A model generated the notes under the pieces. That model had not been told where the DNA came from, searched no databases, and saw nothing but the letters and a program-made list of their open reading frames with translations. Both the position numbers and the translations under genes were made by a program. A stretch of DNA of 64,000 nucleotides from Octopus vulgaris. Taxonomy: Eukaryota. Positions 1 through 13,606 of this stretch are shown one piece after another (position 1 is the stretch's first letter; the number at the start of each line of letters is the position of its first letter). The stretch is taken from contig OX597834.1 of NCBI GenBank assembly GCA_951406725.2, positions 62,001-126,000 of the forward strand, in the 5' to 3' direction.

Positions 1-581
1 ACAGAAAAAGGTTTTGAAAAAGATTACAACGGTGGAGATGGGCTAAAAACAAGAGCTAAATCGCAGTTAACTTTTTTCCCATAATGAAACCATATTCAAC
101 AGCGTATTTATGAATTAGTTTCTATCACCATGATACATGGAATCTTTTTAAAAACCTTTTTCTATTACTCAAACCATAAATAAATAAATAAAATTTTTTT
201 TTTTTTTCAACTTATTTCCATTTCACTCAAGCAAAAACATAATTCCTTTCTCTTCAAAAGTCCTCTCATCCACTTCCTCGGAAAAAAGATTTCCTCACAA
301 ATTTCTTTATAATCGTAACCTGTGCTGTTTGAAAGCTATTTATATAAGGTTTCGCTAAAAGCTATCCATTCTCCTAAAAGTTATGAAGGAAAAAAATCGG
401 ATCTTGTGAATTTTCCCTAAATTCTCTGCACCTCGGGTCGTTGGTGCAAATTTTTGTTTCCACATTGTTAAATACATTCTTTTTACACATATTACACTTT
501 TTTCTTTTGTTTTTGGTGGCCGGGAATTAAAGTAAACATTAAAGGAAATTAGCGAAAATGTCCCACCTGTTGTATGTTGCC

Positions 582-710
582 AGGTTTTGATGGCGGACCG
601 TCACCACCCTCGCTTCCCCGTCTTCCCGTCGCCGAAAAACATGGATTTCTGGAGATAAGAAGAAACAAAAAAGCGTCAGTCAGTGCGGTGACGGTGCGCC
701 ATGGCCACCT
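582..710. mobile_element. Small MITE-like element with imperfect ~24-bp TIRs
   Basis: aggttttgatggcggaccgtcacc ... ggtgacggtgcgccatggccacct are imperfect inverted repeats. No clear TSD. Confidence 0.45.
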
Positions 711-789
711 CTATAGGAGACAGGTAAAATAATCCTTCTTCATATCGTGGTTTACTATTTAAACTTACATCGATTCCTCCGTGCTGTTG

Positions 790-1063
790 GGTACAACTAG
801 CGAACAGTGGTCCCGGTGCGCGCAATCGCGCAAGCTAGTCGTAAGTAGTCGATCCTACAGCGACTTTTTAACCCTAACCTTAGTTTGTTTATAAAAATAA
901 TTTATTTCTTTAGTTTAAAAAAATGATTTATTTTGTTCGAAAAATATTATTTAATCTTCTTTGATATGTATTCAGCCTTGAAATACAAACATACGTGCAA
1001 GGCGTAGGATCGACTACTTACGTCTAGATAGCGCGGATGCGCGCACTGTTCGCTAGTAGTACC
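790..1063. mobile_element. MITE with ~65-bp TIRs and 9-bp TSD (Mutator-like)
   Basis: ggtacaactagcgaacagtg...gtagtcgatcctac pairs with gtaggatcgactac...ctgttcgctagtagtacc. Flanks gtgctgttg (781-789) and gtggtgttg (1064-1072) match 8/9. Internal ccctaa hexamer. Confidence 0.8.
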
Positions 1064-1664
1064 GTGGTGTTGCGCATTTTTTTCATCATATTCGTTTAGA
1101 GTAAGTTGTTGTACACCTATTACGCTATTTTTGTTTTTGTGCCCGTGTCAGACGTTTTCGGAAATTCCCGATGTGAATTTTCCGAGGCCCTTTCGCGAAT
1201 GCGCTTTTTTTTTCATATTCGTTCAGAGGAAGTTGTTTTACACCTATTACACACATTTTTTTGTTTCTTTGAGTGGTGTAACGCTTTAGTTTAACCTTTA
1301 TAATGAAATAAATATAAATAATAAAAAGAAAATATACAGTACAGTCGTTTCTACTTCGCAATTTTCCCCTGTCACGGAGGGTTTTGTGACACACGCGACG
1401 ACAGTCGTCGAGCGATTACTCTATTTCTCATAGCTTCGTCGTAAAATTACTGATTCTGGTGGAGTTTACAACAGCGAATCCATCCAACCTCAATTGTTGG
1501 CAAAATTAAAAATTTATCCTAAGTGTGGTAGAATTAATATCGGAGCTGAAGAACAGGGTGCCATACTTCAAAATATGTTACTGAATGTTTCAAAAAAATT
1601 ATTTAATAACGAAAGAATCTTACTTTGGTTTTATATTCTTTTTCTACGTCGTTAGAATAGAATA

Positions 1665-1726
<62 letters not shown>

Positions 1727-1904
1727 AAAGCATTTTTAAAAAGTTAGGTAGAGGATATAGAGGTGGCAACCTTGTAACAGGAAAACTTAAAGGAAAATAA
1801 ACGAAAGTGAAAATTTGTAGAAACGTCTTGAGAGCAAATGTCAAACACACGTTTCACGTTGTAATTTGTGTCAATGCAAAATATTTAATTTGAAATATAC
1901 TTAC

Positions 1905-2009
1905 CAAATTCCTTTTTACATCACCTTCAGAGTCCTGGTATTTCAGTCTTAAACACGTTTTTACTGCAGGAAATGTGGAAACACTAGAAAAGAACCTGCG
2001 GCCAGTCAT
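1905..2009 (-). other. Probable first exon of an unidentified minus-strand gene continuing left of the window
   Basis: Consensus donor TTG|gtaagt at 1904. ATG at 2009 opens 35 codons (MTGRRFFSSVSTFPAVKTCLRLKYQDSEGDVKRNL) up to the donor, but the exon could be 5' UTR. Confidence 0.5.
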
Positions 2010-2018
2010 AAATTACAC

Positions 2019-2032
2019 GTTGCCATGGTGAC
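2019..2032. promoter_or_regulatory. RFX X-box motif GTTGCCATGGTGAC
   Basis: Close match to the palindromic X-box GTTGCCATGGCAAC. It sits in a CpG-rich zone directly upstream of a minus-strand exon with a consensus donor. Confidence 0.65.
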
Positions 2033-2358
2033 GGTTAGTTTATAAATAAAACGCTTTATTAAGGGAGACTACTCCGGCTGACTAAATTGTTATCTTCCAC
2101 TTGACAGAGGCATTACTTTCGCTATTAACTGTAAATTAATTATACCTTAATCTTGTGATTATTTAAATGTTAATTTTTTTGCATTCATTCCAGAATGAAT
2201 AGCACTCGGAGTAGGGACCTAAGTCTGTAAGGGACTGAGATGTCGCTGTGGTTACAAGTCTTCAGGGTCTGCTTTGCCGCCGAAATGCCGCTCGTTTCGC
2301 TCATTGCACCGAGCTAATCTTAATCATTAAGCGGCCCCGGATTAATATTCCTTCAGTT

Positions 2359-2771
2359 CTGCGTCTAAAACTGAGACAACATCCTATCACTAACTCTCAA
2401 CCTAACCCTAACCCTAAATTTTTCTTTTCTTAATTGTTAAATTAAATTAATTAAATTGTTAAATTTAATTAATTGTTAAATTAATTAAATTAAATTAATT
2501 TAACAATTAAGAAAAAAAAATTAGGGTTAGGGTTAGTGACAGGATATTGTCTCAGCTTTAGACGCAGCAAATGATTTTTGCTAAATAGAGGCGATTCATT
2601 GGTTAAAACTCGAAAAATTAAACTACGTTAAACAAACAAATTACAATTTTCTCAAGAAAGCCAAGAGAAAAAAATGTTTTATTTTGACACATTCTACCAG
2701 TATACGAAGTTTTAAAGTATTTAGTTAACTAGAAATTGTGTTGACATGTGCCGTTCAAAAGGAAAAGATCC
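2359..2771. mobile_element. Truncated foldback MITE with a central ~210-bp palindrome carrying telomere-like CCCTAA/TTAGGG
   Basis: 2359-2567 is an imperfect palindrome (ctgcgtctaaaactgagacaa...ttgtctcagctttagacgcag). The right arm runs to a terminus gccgttcaaaaggaaaagatcc. Confidence 0.7.
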
Positions 2772-3069
2772 CGAAGCTCTTGTCATCGTTGGTAGCTCAA
2801 ATGTCGTAGCGATGGGTGCCAGGCATGCTTTTGACTAAACTTTTGTAGTAATTCAAAGGTTTTCTCTCCTGTGTCAAAGTCTGCAATATATTGTTTCAAA
2901 TCCAAAACTGATGACACATTATAAACTGCAATTTATATGATTCCATACCTTTTTTTTTTATTTTACAGGATTCAGATCGAAGAGATGATCCAAGCCTCCA
3001 CCTGTCCTCAAGAGACTAATGTCATCATTAGGCTTAAATTAATCTTAAATACATTTTGCTAAATGTCTG

Positions 3070-3640
3070 GAGGAAGAGGTAGAACCTACAGCCTTTGTAG
3101 GCCCTTTGAGATTGGTGAAATAGATGCTGGGAGCAAGGAAGAAATTCCAGAGAGTAACATTCTTGGAAGGAAAAACTAGATTTTAGGGACTAGTGTGGAG
3201 GGGACACAATGAGGTTGATGAAAGGAGGAGGGGTGAGTGGTTGACAGATGTGTGAGGTTAACACAGACCCAGCCAAATGTGAGAAGCTGAAGCCAGACTA
3301 GTAGAGGGAAGAGATAGCAAACTATGAGGTGGGAGGAAGATGTCTGAATGACTTCTACCACTCAGTCAGGCGGCCATTTTGTGTGTGTAGGCTATAATCT
3401 ATAGGTGCAGTAATAGCATTTCAGATGTAGGAGCAATGTGGACCTTTAGCATTTCATATGTAGGAGCAATGTGGACCTTTACTGGGCTTTGTAGGTAGTC
3501 TTATTGGGGGTGGAGGTGTGCTGAAGTATCTTCTGGTCCTGAAGAGAAGAGCCATTTGATAGGGTGCAGTCGAAGCTCTATCTATGGAGTTCCTTGGGGA
3601 TAGTGCAATCCAATATTTAAAGTAATTGTGTTGGTTCTGG
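3070..3640 (-). mobile_element. Decayed 3' fragment of a Jockey/CR1-group LINE
   Basis: Minus-strand remnants of YKAQ(V)RST..CS(H)IW and SF(F)PR...LWN motifs from the post-RT region, with frameshifts and stops. Internal 23-bp duplication at 3427-3481. Confidence 0.55.
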
Positions 3641-3658
3641 TATGCTATTGCCTGTGTT

Positions 3659-3830
3659 TGAACCCTATCGCATTCCAACTGGTCGTATCCAGCCAAAATG
3701 TTTTATGTTCAAATTGGCCACATTCAGCCTCTCACATCTACTCCATGTCGTTCTAAAAATAAGCAATCACACATAAAATATCAAAGCTATGAGTTAACAC
3801 ATGTGAGTAAGCTGAATGCTAAAGGGTTAA
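3659..3830. mobile_element. piggyBac-type non-autonomous MITE
   Basis: TIRs aaccctatcgcattc / gaatgctaaagggttaa, with TTAA at the right end. Confidence 0.6.
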
Positions 3831-6800
3831 GGCAGCATGGTGTGCTGGGCTGAGGTTTTCTTCATACGACTGGTATTGTTTTCCTTGCTATTGAAAGAGA
3901 CAAAAACTGACCACCCTCCATTCAAATTTGCTATCAAGATTTAATGACCTCACTCAATATCACCTTTATTCAGTTCTTACTTCTGGCAGTTTTTTTTTTT
4001 TTTGATCCTTGCAAAATTTCAGACAATTTTTTCTTTCTGTTTTTTTGTTACTTTTCTAGCGATTCCAGTCTTCCTGCAATTATCCGTTTACTGTGTTCAT
4101 GCTACATTTCACAGTCACTGGCCATTGTGCATGAAAGAGCTGCAACATATAATCAATTTGAAGAGATGTGCCATGAGGATAATCTAATCTGCCAAATGGT
4201 TTGTTTGCACCTGGCTGATGAAATCTACACAAAGTTCCCTGAACACTAGCATCAGATACATTTAGCCAAGTTGATGTCTTCCTCAACATCATCCAATTGC
4301 CACAACATGAGTTTGTTATTCAGAAAACAATTTCATTGAATTATAAGAAGACTGATGTATCTTCAAGCACAGAAATATCAAATGGAAGGCGAAAGTATAT
4401 GAAATAATATTTCATCATTTAAATACCAAAACTCTGAAATATGAAGAAACTTTGAATCTTGGAAACATCTAGAAAATAGTCTTAATATATTTAATAAAAA
4501 TTAAATTTCATTTTTGTGTTCACTCTCAGACAGAACTCTGTGTGTGTGTGTGTGTGTGTGTATGTATATGCATATGTTTCTAATTTTACTTGTTTACAAG
4601 AAAGAGGCTACTGTAGAAAATATTTTCATGAATTACCTGTAAACATATTTTCAGGAAGGAATTGGAAAAGCTGTGGCTACAAAATGAATTTCTTAATCTC
4701 TATAATAATAATACTTTCCAATCTAGGTTCAGAGACAGCAATTTTGAGGGGATGGGCTAATTGAGAGTGTCAACCTCTGTATGTGACACTAATCTGCTTT
4801 CCCCTTCTTTCAGAATGGCTTAACTGGTGCCAAAATTAGAAAAGCTTATAATAATTAAGAGTAGTGGACAGGCAGAATAGATTGACCATCAGAAAACAAT
4901 GTGTTGTGACATTTGTTCCAGCTGTTAATGTTCTGAGTTTGAAATTAACTTCGAATTTCCTCCTTTCAAGATTGATAGGCCTTGTGCCCTTAATTAAGAA
5001 TGTTTCCCTTTCAAGCCAACATTTCACTCTGTTCAGCAATCCCTGAATCGCTGCTACCACAGCCTATTCACATGGTGCCTATTCACATGGTTGAGTGCAC
5101 CACATAAGAATTAAGTGTGGAATCTTTTGGCTGAGAATACAAGGTAACATCAGACTCTACAACAAAGGATGATTTTGTGCTGAAGTTGAGAAAATACTTT
5201 AGTATTGACCAATTACTGAGCTACTATATAACAGAAAAACACACTCCAGATCAATAGTCTTGAAAAGTTGAAAGAAATGACACCCACAGATGTGCCATGA
5301 AATAAGTAAAATTATATTTTAAAAATATAAAGACTGAAATTCTTAATATAAAACCTATATAATTACTTCATTTACTTAATAAAGAAATAATCATTAATTA
5401 ATTTTTTTGTTAATTTTGTCTAGGCCAAAATATATTAAGATGATTTTCCAAAACATTTTCTCACTTTAGAAACAAAGTGCACCAAAATATTTTTATTTGT
5501 TGCAAAGGGAGCAGATTGACAACCATTGGTCTAGGTTACTGTGCAACCTGCTAGAAATAGCAGCTAAATATTCAAATCATACGCTAGCATCTTTAGAAAA
5601 GAAGACTACTGGATATGATAGATGGGATGGTCACAGAAGGAATGTGTTTTAATCATCAATCTGTTTGATCAGAGTTGACTCATGGCTAAGTAACATGTTG
5701 AGAATGACACACACCATCACACACTTTACACTACCCGTGAAGGCTAATGTATTAGAAAAGTAAGCCCACACTCGTATATTAATTGAGAGGACACACGGAC
5801 ACACACAGTCTTCTCTCTGTTTCTTTCCACATTATCCAAACTCACTTTTCCCATCCCTCCTCACTTGTATTCTCTTAAACATTCCAAATATATTCGAAAC
5901 CTTTCATAAGAGACTATTCTGTAGGATTATAGCCTCCAAGGTCAATGTCCAAGTGTCTTCCTCCCAAGAACTGACCTTTACATGCTTGAGCTGGACTTCA
6001 AGCGGTCTCAAACAGCTGGTTTGGGCTACTGACAATGCCCCCCCCCTCCTCAATCCAACAGTTACAAACTATTCATACTCCCCGCTCCTCCCTCTCATAA
6101 CCTATTTACTTCCCCTCCCCTTCAGTAAAGGAAATCATTTTGTTCTTTCTCTAATGTTTCCTGATAAACTGTGTGGAAAGGAGAGAAACTTTAGTTCCAA
6201 GGATTCAAAAGAGTTTAGAACATCCACTGAGCTGGTTCACATTAAATTCCTTGCTGTGTCCTCTCTCTCTCTCTCTCTCTCTCTTTCTGATGGCAGCTAT
6301 GGTGTCCTCTGCTCCTTGAACATACACCTGTAACAATGTATTCACTATAACACACATATACACACCTGTACTGATGCAGTTATCACATATGGAATAATGC
6401 ACTCCCCACCTCCCCACCTACTCACCACATACTGGAACTGGCCAAGCCATTTGAGTGGGAATTTGTTTAGGCTTTCAGGATTCTGAGGTGAAATCCTGAC
6501 TTGTGGAACTGTACAACAGACAGGATATGTTGCACTAACTGTTTCAGTAGAGGCTTCATTTCAAAATCCTGCCCCAGTCCACCATTGTAGGAGGTAATAT
6601 TGCATTGGGAGGGTGGGGGTGAGAGGCATAAAACTAAAAAAAAAAACCAAAAAAAAAAAGCAAAGACTACTTGAAGGAGTCTATATCCCTATTGAATAGA
6701 GATAAATACTCAATTAGAGAGCTTAATTAACTGTGATTTCACTATTCTATGAATAACTAAATCAAATTCTTGTGAAGTAATCAGTTGGAAAAGATTCTCT

Positions 6801-7519
6801 TTTCAAGTAAAATAATTCTTCAGGTATGGCAATGAAGATTTAATGTTTGGTTGTTTGATTGGTTTTAGCAGATATCGTTGTGGTCATGCTGGAGTAGAGA
6901 TATTCCAGTGAGATTATTTCAAAGAAACATCCAGAAAATGAAGAAACAACAAAAAACCGACACAGTTAACATCTTTAATATTTTATTTTAAAGAAAATTA
7001 GAATGAATATAAACAAAGTCATTTTCAGGTACTAATATACAGAGCACCCTTACGTAATTAGGGCATTTGTTTGATTTCCTCAGACCTTTTACAGTTTTTA
7101 CCTTTTTCGAAATGAGAAATTGGAGGTGGGGAAGTAGAGTTTAGCAGGAAACTGCAATAGGTAAAGTGTAGTCTTAACAAGAAACCACTACAAGCAGTTG
7201 GGGGAAAATCATGCCTGTCTTCCACAGATAAAAAGAAAAAAGAGTGAGCAAAAGATCTAGAAGAAAATCTCCAGATAAAGTTGCATGTCCTATGCAGACA
7301 TGTGGTCCATAGTTGTTGTTGGGGGAGGGAGGGGGGCTATTGTGTGTGCCATCATTTGTTGGTAGAGTCCACAACATGGCTGCGTTTACACTGTATGTTG
7401 TGGACTGTGGTTTAGTAGCACAGCCATAGTTATTGGAGTTTTTTGAAATTATAACAGTGAATAATCCACTTATGATTATAGGACTTAAAATGTTATGTGC
7501 ATGTGTTTATGTATAAGAG

Positions 7520-7559
<40 letters not shown>

Positions 7560-10436
7560 CACGCACACACACACACACACACATTCATATGTATATGTGT
7601 GTATAAATGTGTGTATGTATATATATATATGTATATAATTATATATACAAACACACACACATGTGCATACATACATACATACATTTTTACATTAGTTCCT
7701 TGTTAGTGTTTAAAATGTCTGCCCATTACAAGACATCAACGCAAAACAAAAATCTGCTGATAAAATTTTTGCAATAATAACAATCATAGTGTTCTCAAAC
7801 AACTTTTTTGAAAGTAAAACATTTACTTTTTTAACGTTTTAACAAATAATTTAATTATTTAAAATCTGCAAACACATTAAACATATGCACAGAGAAAGTA
7901 ACAATTAATTATAATTACAATGCATTACATACAAAATTAAAATGTATTTGTTTAATATCTACAATATAGAATATCTGTAATTATATATTAAAAACAAGAA
8001 TTCAATAAATTTATTTTTTTGATTTGGCTGTATTTGTTTTTATTGTTGTATTAAGGAGAAGACAACAGACTTCGTTTGAAACATGAAGAAAGGAAAGTTG
8101 AGAAAAAAATCTTTCTAAATCAGTTTGTCCACAATGCAGTGTTTTGGGAATTGAAAAGCCAAAGTAGATTCTGTGTGAGTACTTAAATATGAAAGAGCAA
8201 TAATCTCTCTAAGTAATAAATAATAACTTAAAAAGGTAGTTATTAATTTAGAAAGTAAATGGTATTTCTTTTGGAAAGGTTTCTTACAAAATGGAACAAA
8301 ATCTGAAATCACGTTTTTATGTTAATCAAAATAATGTTATCACAGAAGTTTGGGTTTCAAATTTCAGATTAAATTTTACTTTGAAATGGTAATCAGATTT
8401 CAAACAAACAAGTTGAAAGTTATCCGCTGCTATAGATAACGATGTAGTTGATTTGAGCCTGATTTCCACAGGAAAGTAAAGTTTTAATCTTTGTTCTTTC
8501 GAAAACTCCTTTCTTTCTGACTGAGATGGATGAAGTGTGAACTGCTTCTCTCTCAATATCCTGAAGATATTGAAAGATATGTGACTTGTTGCATTATATT
8601 CTATCTTCACATCTAATCAATCAAGCCAATCACATTTCTCATCATTAAGATGTTTAAACATAACAAATCTGAAAACAATTTTAATACCTATTATCAGTTC
8701 AAATTATTATTAATTCTAATTGAGTCTAGTTATACACTTGTAGCAATGACTTTAGAGTTTGAACAGGGGGACATTTTTTTCTAAATGATCTTTTTGTCAT
8801 TAACTAACAGAAAGGAAATGTATGTGTTGGGGTAATAAATTGTAATTGCCAGATGGAAAGGGAAACTAATATTTTGCACTGAAGCTCTTTGTCAAGACGG
8901 CTTAACTACACAGTTGATAGGATTTCTCTTGAGACAAGCCAATTATTTTTCCAGTTGTAAGCTTGTCATCTCACCAACATATAGAATATTAGATTGATTC
9001 TCATATTTGATTTACCAATATACAAGAATGGCATGTTGATTTCATATATATCCCAGCAACCTGCCTTACCAACATATAGAATGGTATGTTGACCTTGATC
9101 TATGATTTACCAACACGTAGAATGGTTCTTAGAACTCCTGTTATTCATATTGGACTTTTCTATTCAAACTTGGGTGAGACTTGTAACAAAGTGATCAATT
9201 TTCTATAATTATAATATGTTCATTAATTTTACCCAAATACGACATCCTATACATGAAAAATCTAGACACAAGAAGCAGACCCTTACAAATGTGCAAATCC
9301 TTAATTCTAAAAGAAGACAGTTTACGTGGCCCATGTAATCATGTCTGGCAGTGAAATGGGCTTCTTTCAATATATACATTCACTAGACACACACCGAAAG
9401 AGGTAGAAAACACTAAACAAAAATAAAACTAAACCTCTGGTCCAGTTTATCAGGAGTACAAGTTTAGGCAAGACATAACTAGGTGGGGGGGGGGGGCGTG
9501 AAAGGAAAATCCCAGGAGATGTAAATAAATGAGCTTTGAGGTTAAGATTGTTATTTTCTTTCGTAATAAACAGAATAATATTCTTCAGTTTGTTTTAGTC
9601 ATCACAACCAAAACCATGCTGGGAGAATTTAGAACTAAAGCAAATGACTATTTTAATTACAGTTACTAATTACCTCATTTAGAATGTGTTTTTTTTATAT
9701 AGAAAACTATCCAACATTGTCCAAGATTATGGCAATGAAGCATTAAAACCTCATCTATTGACAAATAAATAATCAAAACACAACAAACCTAATTTTCTCA
9801 GCTAATTAGCTTTACAATTGACTGTTATAGATTTTAATGAAGTTAAAGCACCTTCATTCAGGAAAGACAAAGAAAAAAAATTTACATCATATTTTAATAA
9901 TTACTTATCTCCTCCTTTGCTAATTAATGCTAGTTGTTAAAGCTGACTCACTTCATATAATCCTTTTATAGTGAAGATAAATTTAGTAGCTAAATGATCT
10001 TTGTATTAGGTTAGGGTTTTAGACTGACCTAACATAAAATATCAAACCTACAAACTTGATTCTTTAAGAATATTTACAAAGCAAAACTTTTGAACGTGAA
10101 TTAGTTCTACTGTATATCAATTAGTCCTTATGTTGCTAATTCTGGAAGGAAGAAAGACAAATGAGGCTTTGAAAAACATCATAACTGATTTTCTATTCAT
10201 TTAACCATCACCTCTTTTTTCTTTATTTAAACAATAACAAAGAAACTTGCCAACTGTAGAAAATTATCAAGAATTTTGTGAAATCGAGTGTGCAACACAA
10301 GTACAATGTCTGGAAGTCTTACTTTAATAGGATTTAAAAGGGTTAAATCTAGCGACTTAGAATCTGTTGTTGCTCTTATTATTATTAATCAATATTAGTA
10401 AAGTGACATATATACATTACATATATACATACATAC

Positions 10437-10485
<49 letters not shown>

Positions 10486-10971
10486 CATCAACCCCAATTG
10501 TATATATATATATTTCACTTAGGCATGGCAATACTAATAACCTGAAGTTAAAATTCAGTATATGTATGCTTCAGAGAAAAGTGTTAGTGGAGTAAAGAGC
10601 ATCATAAGAGATCAAATAAATAACAAGGGAACAAAAAATTATGTTACATAATTTCTTGTTCTCCCTTGACATTTATTTATCGTCCTTTATACATATCCAT
10701 CTCTCATAGCACCTACTGTAGGCTCTACATAATCCTCACAGAATAATTTTGTGGCTCAGATTTTCTAGATTTTTTTCTGTTACAAGAACACTTTATATAA
10801 CACTACTTTGTAATTCATTGATATGTGGACAGATTGCTGAGTCTGTAAGAGGAGCTTATTGTGATAGCTGCATGATATAAGAGATACAGACCACACACAT
10901 ATCCTTTATATATATATATATATATATCCTATACTATTATATTAGAGCAAAAAATCATGTATGCGTGTGTA

Positions 10972-11035
<64 letters not shown>

Positions 11036-12210
11036 CTACTCAATAATTAATATGAATACTTAAACAAGTAAAATGTCACAATGCAGAATTTTCAAAACAG
11101 AATTTAACTTGGTGTTTAAAAATTCATAAGAATGTTTGCTAAAATATTTCTATTGTTATTTCTGATAGAAGCCTGAAATTAGACGGCCATAATTGGACCT
11201 CTTTTTATTGACTTTACCCTAGAGGTTGAGTGGGTGCCATTTTTATGCCTGATCAATTTGATTACTTACTCCACTATAACTTATTTTTTCATGAAATTTA
11301 AAGGGGAGGGAACGTCAAGACAAGCCCCGACAGGACTGAAATGCAGAAGGGGCCGGATTCCAGAGCTTTTCTCCTTACTAGACAGAAACTTCAAGTGTGC
11401 TAACGTTTTATGGAAGTGTGTCAGGTGAAATAGTAAATGTGAAAAACAGAACAGGAAATCACCACACAAACATTATATAACACAAGATGTCATCTGCAAA
11501 ACGGAAATTTGCAGAAATATATTGTGGAGAGAATCAGGAAAAATACTTTTAACAATTTCTATGTAAGGAGAATACAAGAAGAAATCAGAAAGGTCTTAGT
11601 TGAAAACTATTAAATTCCCTGAATTTTTATGTTTACTGGTAAAATTTAAAATAAGTAATTAACATACAATGAGGAGATAATCTAAACACATCAATGTTTT
11701 TGGAAAAAAAAATTTCTTTTTCTCAAGAATAATCCTATTTCGTGATCAGTGTCATAGTCATTAGAGGATGTAGAAGATTTTTAAATCTAGGGAACTGGAG
11801 GACAACTTATAAAGAACGCTTAACAATTACAGTAACTTTTTGGAATGATGATATATATATATATCAATGATGATATATACAATACACCAATCATGATAAA
11901 CTGTACATCAATGGATAAATATATATATATATACACAAATATAGACACACATGCACACACGTATATTATTTCTATGTTAATCCAGTTGCCAATAATGGCT
12001 TCATGAAAGAAGAAATCTCTCAACAATTATCAACTCTGCCACTTAGGAACATTGGTACTTGTTTCCAGCTTGGATGAGAACATTTATTCACCAATGTGGT
12101 GTTGAGCACCCATTCTCACTGTTCAATATTAGGATATATATATACATCAATGACAATATTTTACAGACAATTGACCATTGATATATATAACTATTACTAT
12201 ACCAATGATG

Positions 12211-12241
<31 letters not shown>

Positions 12242-12780
12242 CATACATATCACTGATGATATATAATACATCAAATGCACACATTTAGTATACAATTTGT
12301 AAATATTTCATTACAAATATATTAATGTGTGAATGAGTGTATATACACACTCATGCATACATACATGTGCATGAATAAATGTATGTAAACACACATGCAC
12401 ACACAAATTGCTTCATTTAATTTTTTCTATATCTGCTTTTCCATGCTAGCATGGGTTAGGAGATTACTGAGGCACTATTTTACAGTCAGAGCCCATTATG
12501 TTGGTAACTCTTATTTACTTTTACATGAAAGAGATCTTTAATTTTTAACATATTTGAAGGTTCAAGGCCAACAGATGATTTGTTAACAGGAAATGATATG
12601 TGTATACACACACACACAGTGTTTCCTTTCCCTGGCTGCTAACATCAAGTTCAGCATATATCTATAAACATATATACACTTGTGTGTATATTATATATTA
12701 TAATGTGTGTGTGTGTGTGTATTTAACAATGATATAAAGTTAGCATTTTGGCAGTGACGTGTTTTACTTTATAGCAAATG

Positions 12781-12830
<50 letters not shown>

Positions 12831-12894
12831 CACATATATATATATACATACACACACACAGGGGTAATATGTCTGCATATGCATAGATTTATTA

Positions 12895-12968
<74 letters not shown>

Positions 12969-13287
12969 CATACATATATTGTATTGCTTGTTGGAACAAG
13001 ATGTTACGGCACTCAGACCATAGAAAGATGCCAGACATCAAAAGAAGCAAATGCTAATCGTTCATTGTCAGATTCTCAGTTTGATGGAGAAAATGCATTC
13101 TTCATTTCTCAGTGTTTTCGTGTTTATTCGAATCAGAACAAGGCAGTTACTTGATATCAGTAGACAGAGGGGATTACGGTGCCTATGATGGTGGTGGGTG
13201 GGTGGGTGGGTGGTGGGAAGCTCACAGAAACAAGTGACACATGAATGACAGAGAAATGCAGTTCATGTTAGGTTCATGACTCCACAT

Positions 13288-13358
<71 letters not shown>

Positions 13359-13501
13359 TACATAATTACATTCAATGGGACCCAAATATGCACATATTTA
13401 TACATACACACACATACATATGCATATGCACATATAATGCCTCAATAATATATATTTGTCCAACCCATGGAAGTATAGAAAAATAGATATAAAGTAAACA
13501 C

Positions 13502-13552
<51 letters not shown>

Positions 13553-13557
13553 TACAT

Positions 13558-13606
<49 letters not shown>

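Noticed and set aside
2395-2540. Telomere repeats
   Set aside because: Only 2-3 hexamers inside a palindromic MITE; not a telomere or fusion site.
5700-6430. Possible LINE 3' remnant or exon (ORF 5953..6333)
   Set aside because: Too degenerate to assign; no clear motifs or splice pair.
8973-9126. CRISPR-like repeat/spacer appearance
   Set aside because: Eukaryotic context, degenerate repeats, duplicated spacers and no cas genes.
13190-13218. (GGGT)n G-quadruplex-capable run
   Set aside because: A simple repeat, and G-rich on the strand opposite the Cav2 mRNA; no further support.
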